Shown here: in pieces, positions 35,488 to 42,820 of the stretch
How positions within the stretch are numbered: the stretch's first letter is position 1
Layout of the letters: each line of letters begins with the position of its first letter
IMG/VR virus record: IMGVR_UViG_3300017773_000009
Coordinates: 1-60,447 of that record
From: a virus
DNA: 60,447 bases
Reading direction: 5' to 3' (one strand)
The notes under the pieces: model-generated
Databases searched by the model: none
What the model was told of the DNA's origin: nothing
The model's input: only the letters and a program-made list of their open reading frames with translations
Translations under genes and position numbers: made by a program

Positions 35488-35838
35488 ATGGGATACAGAA
35501 GTGATGTTATCTTTGGAGTAAAGAAGAATTTCAAAGATAAAATTGATGCAATTATCAAGGAGAATTTTACAGAAGATTGCTGGAAGGTTACCAACAAAAA
35601 AATCAATGATGATGATTACAATCGAGGAGACTGGGTTGTATATTCTGCTCAATACCTAAAGTGGTATGATGACTACGAGGAGGTAAGGGCTATAAACAGA
35701 ATCATAGATACTATTGACCATCAATCTAACTCTAAAGACTGCTTTATGGTATGTCTTGGAGAGGATGGAGAGATACACGATGATATTGGAGAGTGGTATG
35801 ATTTCGTTGAACATAAACACGAGATAAAGTTATGGTAA
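35488..35838 (+). CDS. Early protein (116 aa), unknown function
   Basis: Leader ttaacccctaaaactaaattaca. Sequence MGYRSDVIFGV...KWYDDYEEV.... Confidence 0.65.
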   Translation: MGYRSDVIFGVKKNFKDKIDAIIKENFTEDCWKVTNKKINDDDYNRGDWVVYSAQYLKWYDDYEEVRAINRIIDTIDHQSNSKDCFMVCLGEDGEIHDDIGEWYDFVEHKHEIKLW

Positions 35839-35852
35839 GATTTATAGAGATT

Positions 35853-35951
35853 ATGGCACAATTATTCTGGTTACTATTTCAAGCAGTATTTATAGTAGCT
35901 TTTTTCAGCACCATCTTGTATGGATTTATCATGCTTTTGCTTGGTAAGTAG
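35853..35951 (+). CDS. Possible 32-aa hydrophobic (single-TM) micro-ORF
   Basis: MAQLFWLLFQAVFIVAFFSTILYGFIMLLLGK*. The last base of the stop TAG (35949-51) falls in Pi3 P1. No conserved leader upstream. Confidence 0.3.
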   Translation: MAQLFWLLFQAVFIVAFFSTILYGFIMLLLGK

Positions 35952-36014
35952 TGGACTACACCACTTTAAAAAGAACATTAAGTGTAGTGCGTTCCCCCTC
36001 TGGGGGAGGTTGTT
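35950..36014 (+). ncRNA. Pistol ribozyme Pi3 (compact, canonical)
   Basis: P1 AGUGG/CCACU. Loop ACUACA pairs with UGUAGU (6-bp pseudoknot). Linker UUAAAAAG-AACA-UUAAG, then GCG. P3 UUCCCCC-UCU-GGGGGAG. G36009-U36010. P2' UGUU pairs with AACA. By recollection it aligns nearly position for position with the published env25 pistol (CGUGG UUAGGG CCACG UUAAAUAG UUGC UUAAG CCCUAA GCG UUGAUC..GAUCAG GU GCAA). Confidence 0.88.
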
Positions 36015-36036
36015 TAACCCTAAAATTATATTTAAT

Positions 36037-36264
36037 ATGAAAACAAATGATTCAAATGTTATGGAATTTCTAGATGAGGTTGTAACACAAATGTTAGAAC
36101 TAGAGTTTGGAGAATACTATAAAAACACTGGCTTTGATAATGTTGAGGATAAAACTTACACCTTAACTGATGAAGCACAAGATTTCTACAACGAAAGATA
36201 TGATGAAGTCGAAACATTATTTAGTAACTTAATTTTAAACCCAGAAGAAGATGGAAAACAATAA
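36037..36264 (+). CDS. Early small acidic protein (75 aa; start moved from 35920 to 36037)
   Basis: The listed N-terminal extension is translated through Pi3. ATG 36037 follows ttaaccctaaaattatatttaat. Confidence 0.6.
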   Translation: MKTNDSNVMEFLDEVVTQMLELEFGEYYKNTGFDNVEDKTYTLTDEAQDFYNERYDEVETLFSNLILNPEEDGKQ

Positions 36265-36535
36265 ACTAATAGCAGAATTTATGGAGTTACCCACAGAAAT
36301 AATGGGTGCAAAAGAGGTTGTTTATGGTATGAATCACGATGATTGGTATACTGCCGACAACTTAAACTATCATCTGTCTTGGGATTGGCTTATGCCAGTA
36401 GCAAACGAGATTATAAAGTCAAGAGATGAGCAAAATGCTGATTGGGACTTGACTGATTTAAAATATGCTTTGCAGACTACAAATATTGAGTTAGTATATA
36501 AAGCAGTAGTAGAATTTATTAAAGAAGAGGGGTAA
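36251..36535 (+). CDS. Early protein (94 aa), last gene of the operon
   Basis: NKLIAEFME...YHLSWDWLMPV motif. Overlaps the upstream ORF by 14 nt. The stop lies inside a terminator hairpin. Confidence 0.6.
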   Translation: MENNKLIAEFMELPTEIMGAKEVVYGMNHDDWYTADNLNYHLSWDWLMPVANEIIKSRDEQNADWDLTDLKYALQTTNIELVYKAVVEFIKEEG

Positions 36536-36551
36536 TACCCTCTTTTTTTTT
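36524..36551 (+). terminator. Intrinsic terminator ending the ribozyme-punctuated operon
   Basis: GAAGAGGG-GUAAUA-CCCUCUU followed by a U-tract. Confidence 0.8.
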
Positions 36552-36585
36552 GCTCAAAAGTGTAGGATGTGAACTTTATTTTTAT

Positions 36586-36593
36586 TAGATTTG
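36586..36593 (+). promoter_or_regulatory. Candidate -7 box TAGATTTG for the recombination/replication operon
   Basis: Matches TAnnTTTG. No clear -33 TTG. Confidence 0.3.
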
Positions 36594-36643
36594 TAACCTA
36601 TATTCATGACAATTTTGTCAATTAACCCATTAAACTATCGAAT

Positions 36644-36826
36644 ATGAGAATACATCAAAAGGATATGATAGATACTGCAACGAAGTATCTTCTTAACATT
36701 AACAGAACTTTAGATAAAGTAGAATATAAGAAAGGGAAAGTCCTTTTTGCTTATAGTGGAGACCATGTCTACCTCATGGATTTCTCTACAAATAAACTGA
36801 ATGTAATCAAGGTAGAACTTAACTAA
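36644..36826 (+). CDS. Hypothetical protein (60 aa)
   Basis: Preceded by the degenerate leader ttaacccattaaactatcgaat. Confidence 0.45.
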   Translation: MRIHQKDMIDTATKYLLNINRTLDKVEYKKGKVLFAYSGDHVYLMDFSTNKLNVIKVELN

Positions 36827-36839
36827 ATTTATTTTAACT

Positions 36840-37442
36840 ATGGCTAAAACAAACATGGCTATTTGGGACAAGGTCTCAAAGACAAATCCAAAGTACACTA
36901 AACAAGTAAACTTTGGTCGCAAATTTACCAGTATCAACGCTCAATATCAGTTCATGGTAGCGACAGAGCAGTTTGGTGCTTTTGGTAAAGGATGGGGTGT
37001 AGAGGATGAGAACTTCTACGTGGTAACAGAGGGTCTACTTGGATACCAAGCTACGATGTTCTGGAATGATAAGGATGGTAAGCATAGTGCCTCCATCAAT
37101 TCTTCAATCGCTACCCACAATAAGAGTGGTAAACTAGATGATGATTGCTTTAAGAAAGTATCAACTGATGCCTTAACTAAAGGATTATCAAAGCTAGGAT
37201 TCTCTGCTGATATATTCTTAGGTATGTATGATGACAACAAGTATGTTGCACAAGTAACCCAAGAGTTCAAGAAAGATGAAAAGAAACCTAAACTATCTGA
37301 TGCTCAATTTAAAGCTATGAACAAGTTTATTGAGGATGGTAAATCTGATGTAGTTAGAAATAAACTAACTAACTATGAACTTACTGAAAAACAGAAAGAG
37401 TGGTTTACTGGAGTGTTTAAGGTTGAGAAAGCTATATCGTAA
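36840..37442 (+). CDS. Rad52-family single-strand annealing protein (200 aa)
   Basis: KKVSTDALTKGLSKLGFSADIFLGMYDDNKY parallels the Rad52/Sak signature K-x-A-x-TDALKRA...FG. Paired with the downstream exonuclease. Confidence 0.65.
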   Translation: MAKTNMAIWDKVSKTNPKYTKQVNFGRKFTSINAQYQFMVATEQFGAFGKGWGVEDENFYVVTEGLLGYQATMFWNDKDGKHSASINSSIATHNKSGKLDDDCFKKVSTDALTKGLSKLGFSADIFLGMYDDNKYVAQVTQEFKKDEKKPKLSDAQFKAMNKFIEDGKSDVVRNKLTNYELTEKQKEWFTGVFKVEKAIS

Positions 37443-38209
37443 TGGATTTAGAAAAGGCAAAATTAGACCTTGCTAGATTCGATAGTGATGAGGATTACTA
37501 TGGGGATGCTTCTTATGTTACCAATTCAATGCTTGGTAGACTGAAGAAGTCCCCTAAACACCTCTCTCACTACTTGAAGTATGGCTCTGGAACATCACAA
37601 GCGTTAGAGTTTGGGAGAGCGTTCCATCTTTGCATCCTAGAACCAGATAAGTTTACCAAAGAGGTGGTCTTATATCAAGGTAGGAGGGCTGGTAAAGACT
37701 GGACTGCTTTCAAAGAGAATAAGAAAAACTATTTAATATTAAATCAAACTGAATTTGACTCATTGAGGTATATGAGGGATAGTATAATATCAAACGAAAT
37801 AGCTAGAGACCTTATTGACAACTGCAAAAAAGAAGTCCCAATGGTTTGGGAAGATAGTGATACTGGAGTGTTGTGTAAGGGTAAAGCAGATGGAGTAGCT
37901 GATGATTATTTACTAGACCTCAAGACTACAAGAGAACCAAATCTATTTAACTTTAAGAGGAGTGCCATGAAGTATGGATACGACAGACAAACTGCGTTCT
38001 ATCTTGATGGTTTCCAGAAGAGAGACTTTTGGTTTATATGTATAGAAAAGGATGCACCAAACAATCTGGTAATAGCATCTGCATCAAATGAATTTATTAA
38101 CAGAGGTAGGGAAGACTACAAGCAATTATTAGTAGAGTACAAAAAGTATTTTATAGATAAGGAGAGTAAGGAGACCCCACAATCCTCATACGAAATTGGA
38201 ATATTATGA
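37442..38209 (+). CDS. PD-(D/E)xK recombination exonuclease (RecE/exonuclease VIII-like, 255 aa)
   Basis: FGRAFHLCILEPDKF and KGKADGVADDYLLDLKTT motifs. Start overlaps the annealase stop. Confidence 0.7.
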   Translation: MDLEKAKLDLARFDSDEDYYGDASYVTNSMLGRLKKSPKHLSHYLKYGSGTSQALEFGRAFHLCILEPDKFTKEVVLYQGRRAGKDWTAFKENKKNYLILNQTEFDSLRYMRDSIISNEIARDLIDNCKKEVPMVWEDSDTGVLCKGKADGVADDYLLDLKTTREPNLFNFKRSAMKYGYDRQTAFYLDGFQKRDFWFICIEKDAPNNLVIASASNEFINRGREDYKQLLVEYKKYFIDKESKETPQSSYEIGIL

Positions 38210-38712
38210 TTGAATTAAAACCTAGAAGAAATTATATCTTCAGATTAAAAGAGAAGTCTGCTGATGTGTGTAATCACATGGAGGGCATGATATTTGACCT
38301 TGTCAAAGAGGAGATAGGTGTAACTAGAGAAGAAATAAGGGGTCGAGGTAGAGATAGAGACCTTGTTATTGCTAGAAAAGTTATCGTAAATCTTCTTTCA
38401 AACTATCACAATGTACATGAAGATATTTCTGGACTATTTATAAATAGAGATAGAACTACATCTATATACTACATGAAGCAGTTTCTTGATGATTACAAGT
38501 ACGATAGATTGTTTAGAACTGCGTATGATAAGATACTATTTAGAACTGAGTTTATTAACAATAAAAACATAACTCCTTATGAGTACAAAGAAAAACTTGA
38601 AAAAGAAAACAAGTGCCTCCAAGAGAAGATTGAAGGGCTTGGAGCCAAAGTCGAGGAGCTTGAGTCTAAAATCAGAGAGATTGAAGGGACTCAACAACCT
38701 TGCTTATCATAG
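38206..38712 (+). CDS. DnaA domain IV-like DNA-binding protein with a C-terminal coiled coil (168 aa)
   Basis: EIRGRGRDRDLVIARKVIVNLL...FINRDRTTSIYYMKQ parallels DnaA ...SKRRSRSVARPRQMAMAL...FGGRDHTTVLHACRK. Confidence 0.6.
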   Translation: MIELKPRRNYIFRLKEKSADVCNHMEGMIFDLVKEEIGVTREEIRGRGRDRDLVIARKVIVNLLSNYHNVHEDISGLFINRDRTTSIYYMKQFLDDYKYDRLFRTAYDKILFRTEFINNKNITPYEYKEKLEKENKCLQEKIEGLGAKVEELESKIREIEGTQQPCLS

Positions 38713-39004
38713 TATTGTAAAGGCAAATTTCTGTAGCGACAGAGAGTTGAGGAACACAGAGTTCGATATACTTATCTTTGGTTCAGAGTTTGAATGCTTT
38801 GAAATGAAAGATGTAACAAACTATTGTCCTAGTGGTAGGACAACATCTATATATTCTCTAAAGTATTTACTTTCAGAGGACTTTATAGAAATACTTAAGG
38901 AAAAGTCTATGTACAACAATAGACTCTACTGCCTTACACAAAAGGGTAGATACTGCGTAACACAATTTTATAACCAACTTAAATTATTTTCAAATGAAGT
39001 TTAA
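38579..39004 (+). CDS. Hypothetical protein, possible winged-helix; true start uncertain (listed ATG overlaps the upstream gene by 134 nt)
   Basis: The C-terminal part (...NRLYCLTQKGRYCVTQF...) looks wHTH-like. The first 45 or so residues are basic low complexity read out of frame from a coiled-coil gene. Alternative starts are ATT 38714 or TTG 38747. Confidence 0.4.
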   Translation: MSTKKNLKKKTSASKRRLKGLEPKSRSLSLKSERLKGLNNLAYHSIVKANFCSDRELRNTEFDILIFGSEFECFEMKDVTNYCPSGRTTSIYSLKYLLSEDFIEILKEKSMYNNRLYCLTQKGRYCVTQFYNQLKLFSNEV

Positions 39005-39326
39005 ACCTACTGATAAATTTTTTATCGTAAAGAGTGGTAAAATCCACCAAGCAGTTGTCATTGAGGTAACTGAAACAATAGGACTCCCTACAAAAGTAGG
39101 TAGCAGTAACTATGAGAAAGAGAGAAGGGTGCACTACGCTATCTTAGAAACAAAGATAGATGGAAAGGCACTATTTACAAGTTATTTTTTATCTAAAAAT
39201 GATGTTATTTTCTCAAGTTATTTAAAAGCAGTTCGTTTTTTAAAAGAAAATGTTGTATATTTGCAAGCATCAGACGTTCAAGATTTCATAAATCAAGAGC
39301 GTGAGCGTGATGAATTACCATTTTAG
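38994..39326 (+). CDS. Hypothetical protein (110 aa) ending in an SSB-like acidic tip ...ERDELPF
   Basis: The C-terminal DELPF resembles the bacterial SSB C-terminal tip (D-D-D-I/L-P-F). Confidence 0.5.
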   Translation: MKFKPTDKFFIVKSGKIHQAVVIEVTETIGLPTKVGSSNYEKERRVHYAILETKIDGKALFTSYFLSKNDVIFSSYLKAVRFLKENVVYLQASDVQDFINQERERDELPF

Positions 39327-39353
39327 TAACCTAATTTAATTAAATTTTTTATT

Positions 39354-39629
39354 ATGAGTATTATTAACTTAAGTATCAATCTAGAAAAGATTGACAAAAC
39401 AAAAATCATTGAAGGGAAAAAAGGAAAGTACCTTAATGTAACTATCGCTAGAAACAAAGATGGCGAAGACCAGTATGGAAACACGCACTATGCGTTCATA
39501 TCTCAAACGAAAGAAGAGAGAACTTCTGGAGGAGATAAAACTTATTTAGGAAATGGTAAAGAGTTTGTCTTTGACAAAACTCCAACTACTGCAACTACTG
39601 AAGATAGTGGTTCAGACTTACCATTCTAA
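39354..39629 (+). CDS. Small SSB-like protein (91 aa) ending in ...DSGSDLPF
   Basis: Compact beta-rich body, a flexible T/S-rich linker, and an acidic DLPF tip. Sits in the replication module. Confidence 0.5.
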   Translation: MSIINLSINLEKIDKTKIIEGKKGKYLNVTIARNKDGEDQYGNTHYAFISQTKEERTSGGDKTYLGNGKEFVFDKTPTTATTEDSGSDLPF

Positions 39630-39647
39630 ATGTTTTTTAGTTAGTTT

Positions 39648-39679
39648 AAAGGGGGTAGCGAAAGTTATCCCCTTTTTTT
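39648..39679 (+). terminator. Intrinsic terminator
   Basis: AAAGGGGGUA-GCGAAAGU-UAUCCCCUUU followed by UUUU. Confidence 0.75.
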
Positions 39680-39712
39680 ACCAAGAGTTTAACCCACTTA
39701 AATTTATATAAT

Positions 39713-40411
39713 ATGAAAGTACATAGAGACTTTAAGGGTATATGGATACCCAAAGAGATATACCTTCTCAAAGACCTCAACTGGACACAGAAGATACTTC
39801 TGATAGAGATACACTCTCTCGACAATGGAGAGGGTTGTTTTGCTACAAATCAATACTTTGCTAACTTCCTTGATGTAAGTACATGGACTATTTCTACTAG
39901 CATATCTAAGCTAGAAGAACTTAAACTTGTAACCACAAGAACATTCATGAATAAAGGTCAGCAACAGAGGAGAATCTTTACCCTTTTGAAAAACCTAAAG
40001 GGGTTTGAGAAAAACCCAAAGACCCCATTAGAAAAACCTAAAGAGGGGGTTGAGGAAAACCTAAAGCATAATAATACAACTAATAATACAAAGAATAATA
40101 CTAACTCTTCATCAAAAACTGATGCCAAAAAATTAGAACTCTTTGAGCAGTTTTGGATTGATTATGATAAAAAGGTTGGTAAAAAGAGTTGCCAGAATAA
40201 ATTTATGAGATTAAAGATGGCAGACATTGAAGACCTAATGACAAAGGTAAAACCTTATGTTGAGTCAACACCAGAGGTAAAGTATCGTAAACACCCTATC
40301 ACTTGGTTAAACCAAGAGGCATGGAACGATGTAATAATAAAAGAGGAAGAGAAGAGAACGAAAACTTCAAACCTTATAATCGAAACTAATAAAGGAAAAA
40401 TACTATTGTAA
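39713..40411 (+). CDS. Replication initiator/organiser with an N-terminal winged-helix (232 aa)
   Basis: WIPKEIYLLKDLNWTQKILLIEIHSLDNGEGCFATNQYFANFLDVSTWTISTSISKLEELKLV is typical of DnaD/phage replisome-organiser N-terminal HTH domains. Contains iterons and an AT-rich tract. Confidence 0.6.
   Translation: MKVHRDFKGIWIPKEIYLLKDLNWTQKILLIEIHSLDNGEGCFATNQYFANFLDVSTWTISTSISKLEELKLVTTRTFMNKGQQQRRIFTLLKNLKGFEKNPKTPLEKPKEGVEENLKHNNTTNNTKNNTNSSSKTDAKKLELFEQFWIDYDKKVGKKSCQNKFMRLKMADIEDLMTKVKPYVESTPEVKYRKHPITWLNQEAWNDVIIKEEEKRTKTSNLIIETNKGKILL
39988..40067 (+). repeat. Four iterons (GAAAAACCTAAAG(A)GGGGTTGAG-like, about 21-23 bp period) inside the initiator gene; candidate origin
   Basis: Copies start at about 39988, 40009, 40031 and 40052-54, followed by the AT-rich cataataatacaactaataatacaaagaataatactaac. 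Confidence 0.55.
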
Positions 40412-40412
40412 A

Positions 40413-40694
40413 ATGAAAAAAGAAATTAAAGATGAAAACGCATTGGACATGATATTACTTGTTGCAATGTTTAGATGTTTTAACGAACAATTATACAACC
40501 TAAAAGGAGTTCACAAGAAAGTTTTAAAACAAAGATTCAATAGACTTTGTGGTGTAGCAAATCTCTACGAGAAAGAGGTTGTAAAATCACTAGGAGATAA
40601 TGTTGGATACGAAAAGGTTTATGATGAACTAATGGATGTTATAATACAAGTGAAAGAACAGTTTGTTCTTGTAGATAAAAACCCTTTAAAATAA
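40413..40694 (+). CDS. Hypothetical protein (93 aa)
   Basis: Complete ORF between the initiator and the primase-helicase. Confidence 0.5.
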   Translation: MKKEIKDENALDMILLVAMFRCFNEQLYNLKGVHKKVLKQRFNRLCGVANLYEKEVVKSLGDNVGYEKVYDELMDVIIQVKEQFVLVDKNPLK

Positions 40695-40700
40695 ATTAAT

Positions 40701-42425
40701 ATGGAAAGTTTTTCAGATTATGGCATCTACATTGGGCGAAAGAGTGGAGGTCAGACAAAAGTAACTTGCCCAAAATGTTCTAAAGATAGAAAGAATAAAT
40801 CAGAACCATGCTTGTCAGTGAACATTGACGAGGGGGTTTGGAACTGCCACCATTGTGAATGGACTGGTAAGTTAAAGAATGGTAACATGATACAGAGGGT
40901 TCAAAAGAAATCCTATGTAAGACCTAAACACAAACCATTACATGACCTATCACAAAATGTAATATCTTGGTTTAAAGGTAGGGGTATATCTTTGAAAACT
41001 CTAATTGAAAATAAAATTTCAGAAGGTAAAGAGTATATGCCACAGACCAGAAAAGAAGAGAATACTATACAGTTTAATTATCTTATGGATGGGGATTTGG
41101 TTAATGTAAAGTACAGAGATGGTTCCAAGAACTTTAAGATGGTTAAGGATGCAGAGAAGATATTCTATGGTATTGATGACATCATTTCAAATGACAATCA
41201 AGATGTACTAGACTGCGTTATTGTTGAGGGAGAGATAGATAAATTATCTTTCTGGGAAGCAGGTGTAACTAACTGTGTATCAGTTCCTAATGGAGCATCT
41301 GATAAAACAATGGACTACCTAGAATCAGCGATGAACATGTTTGAAAACATGAAGTCTGTATACATAGCAGTTGACATGGATGATGCTGGTAGAAACCTCA
41401 TGTCTGAATTGGCTAGGAGGATTGGAAAGCATAAGTGCTTTAAGGTAAACTTTAAAGATTGTAAAGATGCTAATGAGTTTCTGGTAAAGCATGGTGCAGA
41501 AGATTTAGTTGAATGCTTGAGGAAGGCAGAAGGATTTCCAGTTGAGGGTTTGGTAACTGTAAATGATATATCTGGAGACATTGATAGGGTTTTTGCTGAG
41601 GGATTAAAGAGAGGAGACCTAAGTGGAGACAAAGCCTTTGATGAAATATTCTCTTGGGGCAAGGCACAACTTACAGTTGTTACTGGTGAATCAACTCATG
41701 GTAAGTCTAATTGGGTAGAAGACCAGATGATGAAGTTGGCAGTAAGGTGTGATTGGAAGTGGGCAGTATTCTCTCCAGAGCATTACCCACTAGAGCTTCA
41801 CTTCTCTACCTTTGCAGAAAAACTAATAGGAAAAAACTTTAGTGGTCAGAGGGGAGAAAAAATGTCTGAGGATGACTTATTTGTTTCCAAAAGATTTATA
41901 AACAATAACTTTAAATGGATAAGACCTGAAAAAGATTTGTATACCTTAGATGATATTCTTAATATTGCAAAGGAACTGGTTTATAAGTTTGGAGTTAATG
42001 GTATACTGATTGACCCATGGAACAAGATGTCTCATGAGATTGGTAATAAGACTGAAACAAACTACATCAATGACCTTATGATAAAGTTAAATAATTTTAA
42101 ACAGATGTATGATTGCCACATAATATTGGTTGCACACCCAAGAAAGATGGCTAAAAATCCTACCACTGGTTTGATTGAGATACCTACGCTAACTGATATA
42201 GCTGGTAGTGGTAACTTTAAGAATCAAGCTGATAATGGTATCACTGTTTACAGAAACTTTTCTAATAATGTTACAGAGGTATATGTCCAGAAGGTTAAGT
42301 TCAGACACATGGGTCAACTTGGTAGTGCTGACTATAAGTTTAACATGGTAAATGGTAGGTTAGAACCTATAGTTACTGCTGTAGGAGACCATAGACCAAC
42401 ATATAAACCATATTTTTTATCATAA
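40701..42425 (+). CDS. Bifunctional primase-helicase (T7 gp4/Twinkle-like, 574 aa)
   Basis: Zinc finger CPKCSKDRKNKSEPCLSVNIDEGVWNCHHCEW. Toprim VIVEGEIDKLS and AVDMDDAGRN. Walker A VVTGESTHGKSNW. Walker B GILIDPWNK. Confidence 0.85.
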   Translation: MESFSDYGIYIGRKSGGQTKVTCPKCSKDRKNKSEPCLSVNIDEGVWNCHHCEWTGKLKNGNMIQRVQKKSYVRPKHKPLHDLSQNVISWFKGRGISLKTLIENKISEGKEYMPQTRKEENTIQFNYLMDGDLVNVKYRDGSKNFKMVKDAEKIFYGIDDIISNDNQDVLDCVIVEGEIDKLSFWEAGVTNCVSVPNGASDKTMDYLESAMNMFENMKSVYIAVDMDDAGRNLMSELARRIGKHKCFKVNFKDCKDANEFLVKHGAEDLVECLRKAEGFPVEGLVTVNDISGDIDRVFAEGLKRGDLSGDKAFDEIFSWGKAQLTVVTGESTHGKSNWVEDQMMKLAVRCDWKWAVFSPEHYPLELHFSTFAEKLIGKNFSGQRGEKMSEDDLFVSKRFINNNFKWIRPEKDLYTLDDILNIAKELVYKFGVNGILIDPWNKMSHEIGNKTETNYINDLMIKLNNFKQMYDCHIILVAHPRKMAKNPTTGLIEIPTLTDIAGSGNFKNQADNGITVYRNFSNNVTEVYVQKVKFRHMGQLGSADYKFNMVNGRLEPIVTAVGDHRPTYKPYFLS

Positions 42426-42820
42426 TGTTTTACAAAAAAAAGAAAGGAGTTCAAGTTAAAAAGGTTCAATACAAAGGTATTACCTTTGATTCAAAGCTTG
42501 AGCTTTTTTTTTATAAGGAGTTAAAGAAAGCAAAGATACCTTTTGAGTTTCAAAAGAAGTATGTACTGCTAGATAAGTTTAGGTATGATGGAAAAGCAGT
42601 CAGACAGATGACTCTGACTGTGGACTTCTACATACCTAAATGCAACTCCATTGTAGATACAAAAGGTTTTCAGAGGAATGATAATAAAATTAAATGGAAG
42701 TTATTGAGGAGACACCTACTAGATAATGGAAAAGAATATCATATTTTTTTACCAACTTCTCAGAAAAAATGCCTTGTTTTAATAAAAGATTTACTAAATT
42801 TGTTACATGATAAGTCTTAA
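42425..42820 (+). CDS. DUF1064-like PD-(D/E)xK nuclease (131 aa)
   Basis: GITFDSKLELFFYKEL...TVDFYIPKCNSIVDTKGF pattern. Confidence 0.55.
   Translation: MFYKKKKGVQVKKVQYKGITFDSKLELFFYKELKKAKIPFEFQKKYVLLDKFRYDGKAVRQMTLTVDFYIPKCNSIVDTKGFQRNDNKIKWKLLRRHLLDNGKEYHIFLPTSQKKCLVLIKDLLNLLHDKS

Noticed and set aside
32280-36014. Periodic repeats separated by unique segments, which could suggest a CRISPR array
   Set aside because: The repeat units are 55-160 nt structured ribozymes rather than 25-40-nt direct repeats. The 'spacers' are 180-860-nt ORFs of irregular length, and no cas genes are present.
34639-36036. Listed N-terminal extensions of ORFs 34639-34884 and 35920-36264
   Set aside because: The extra codons are translated from ribozyme sequence (HH6 stem III; pistol Pi3). 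In-frame ATGs at 34687 and 36037 sit at the standard distance after the UUAACCC leader.
32362-36036. CCCTAA in the conserved leader as a telomere-like repeat
   Set aside because: There is a single copy per site, always within the longer TTAACCCTAAA leader at a fixed distance from an ATG. The resemblance is coincidental.
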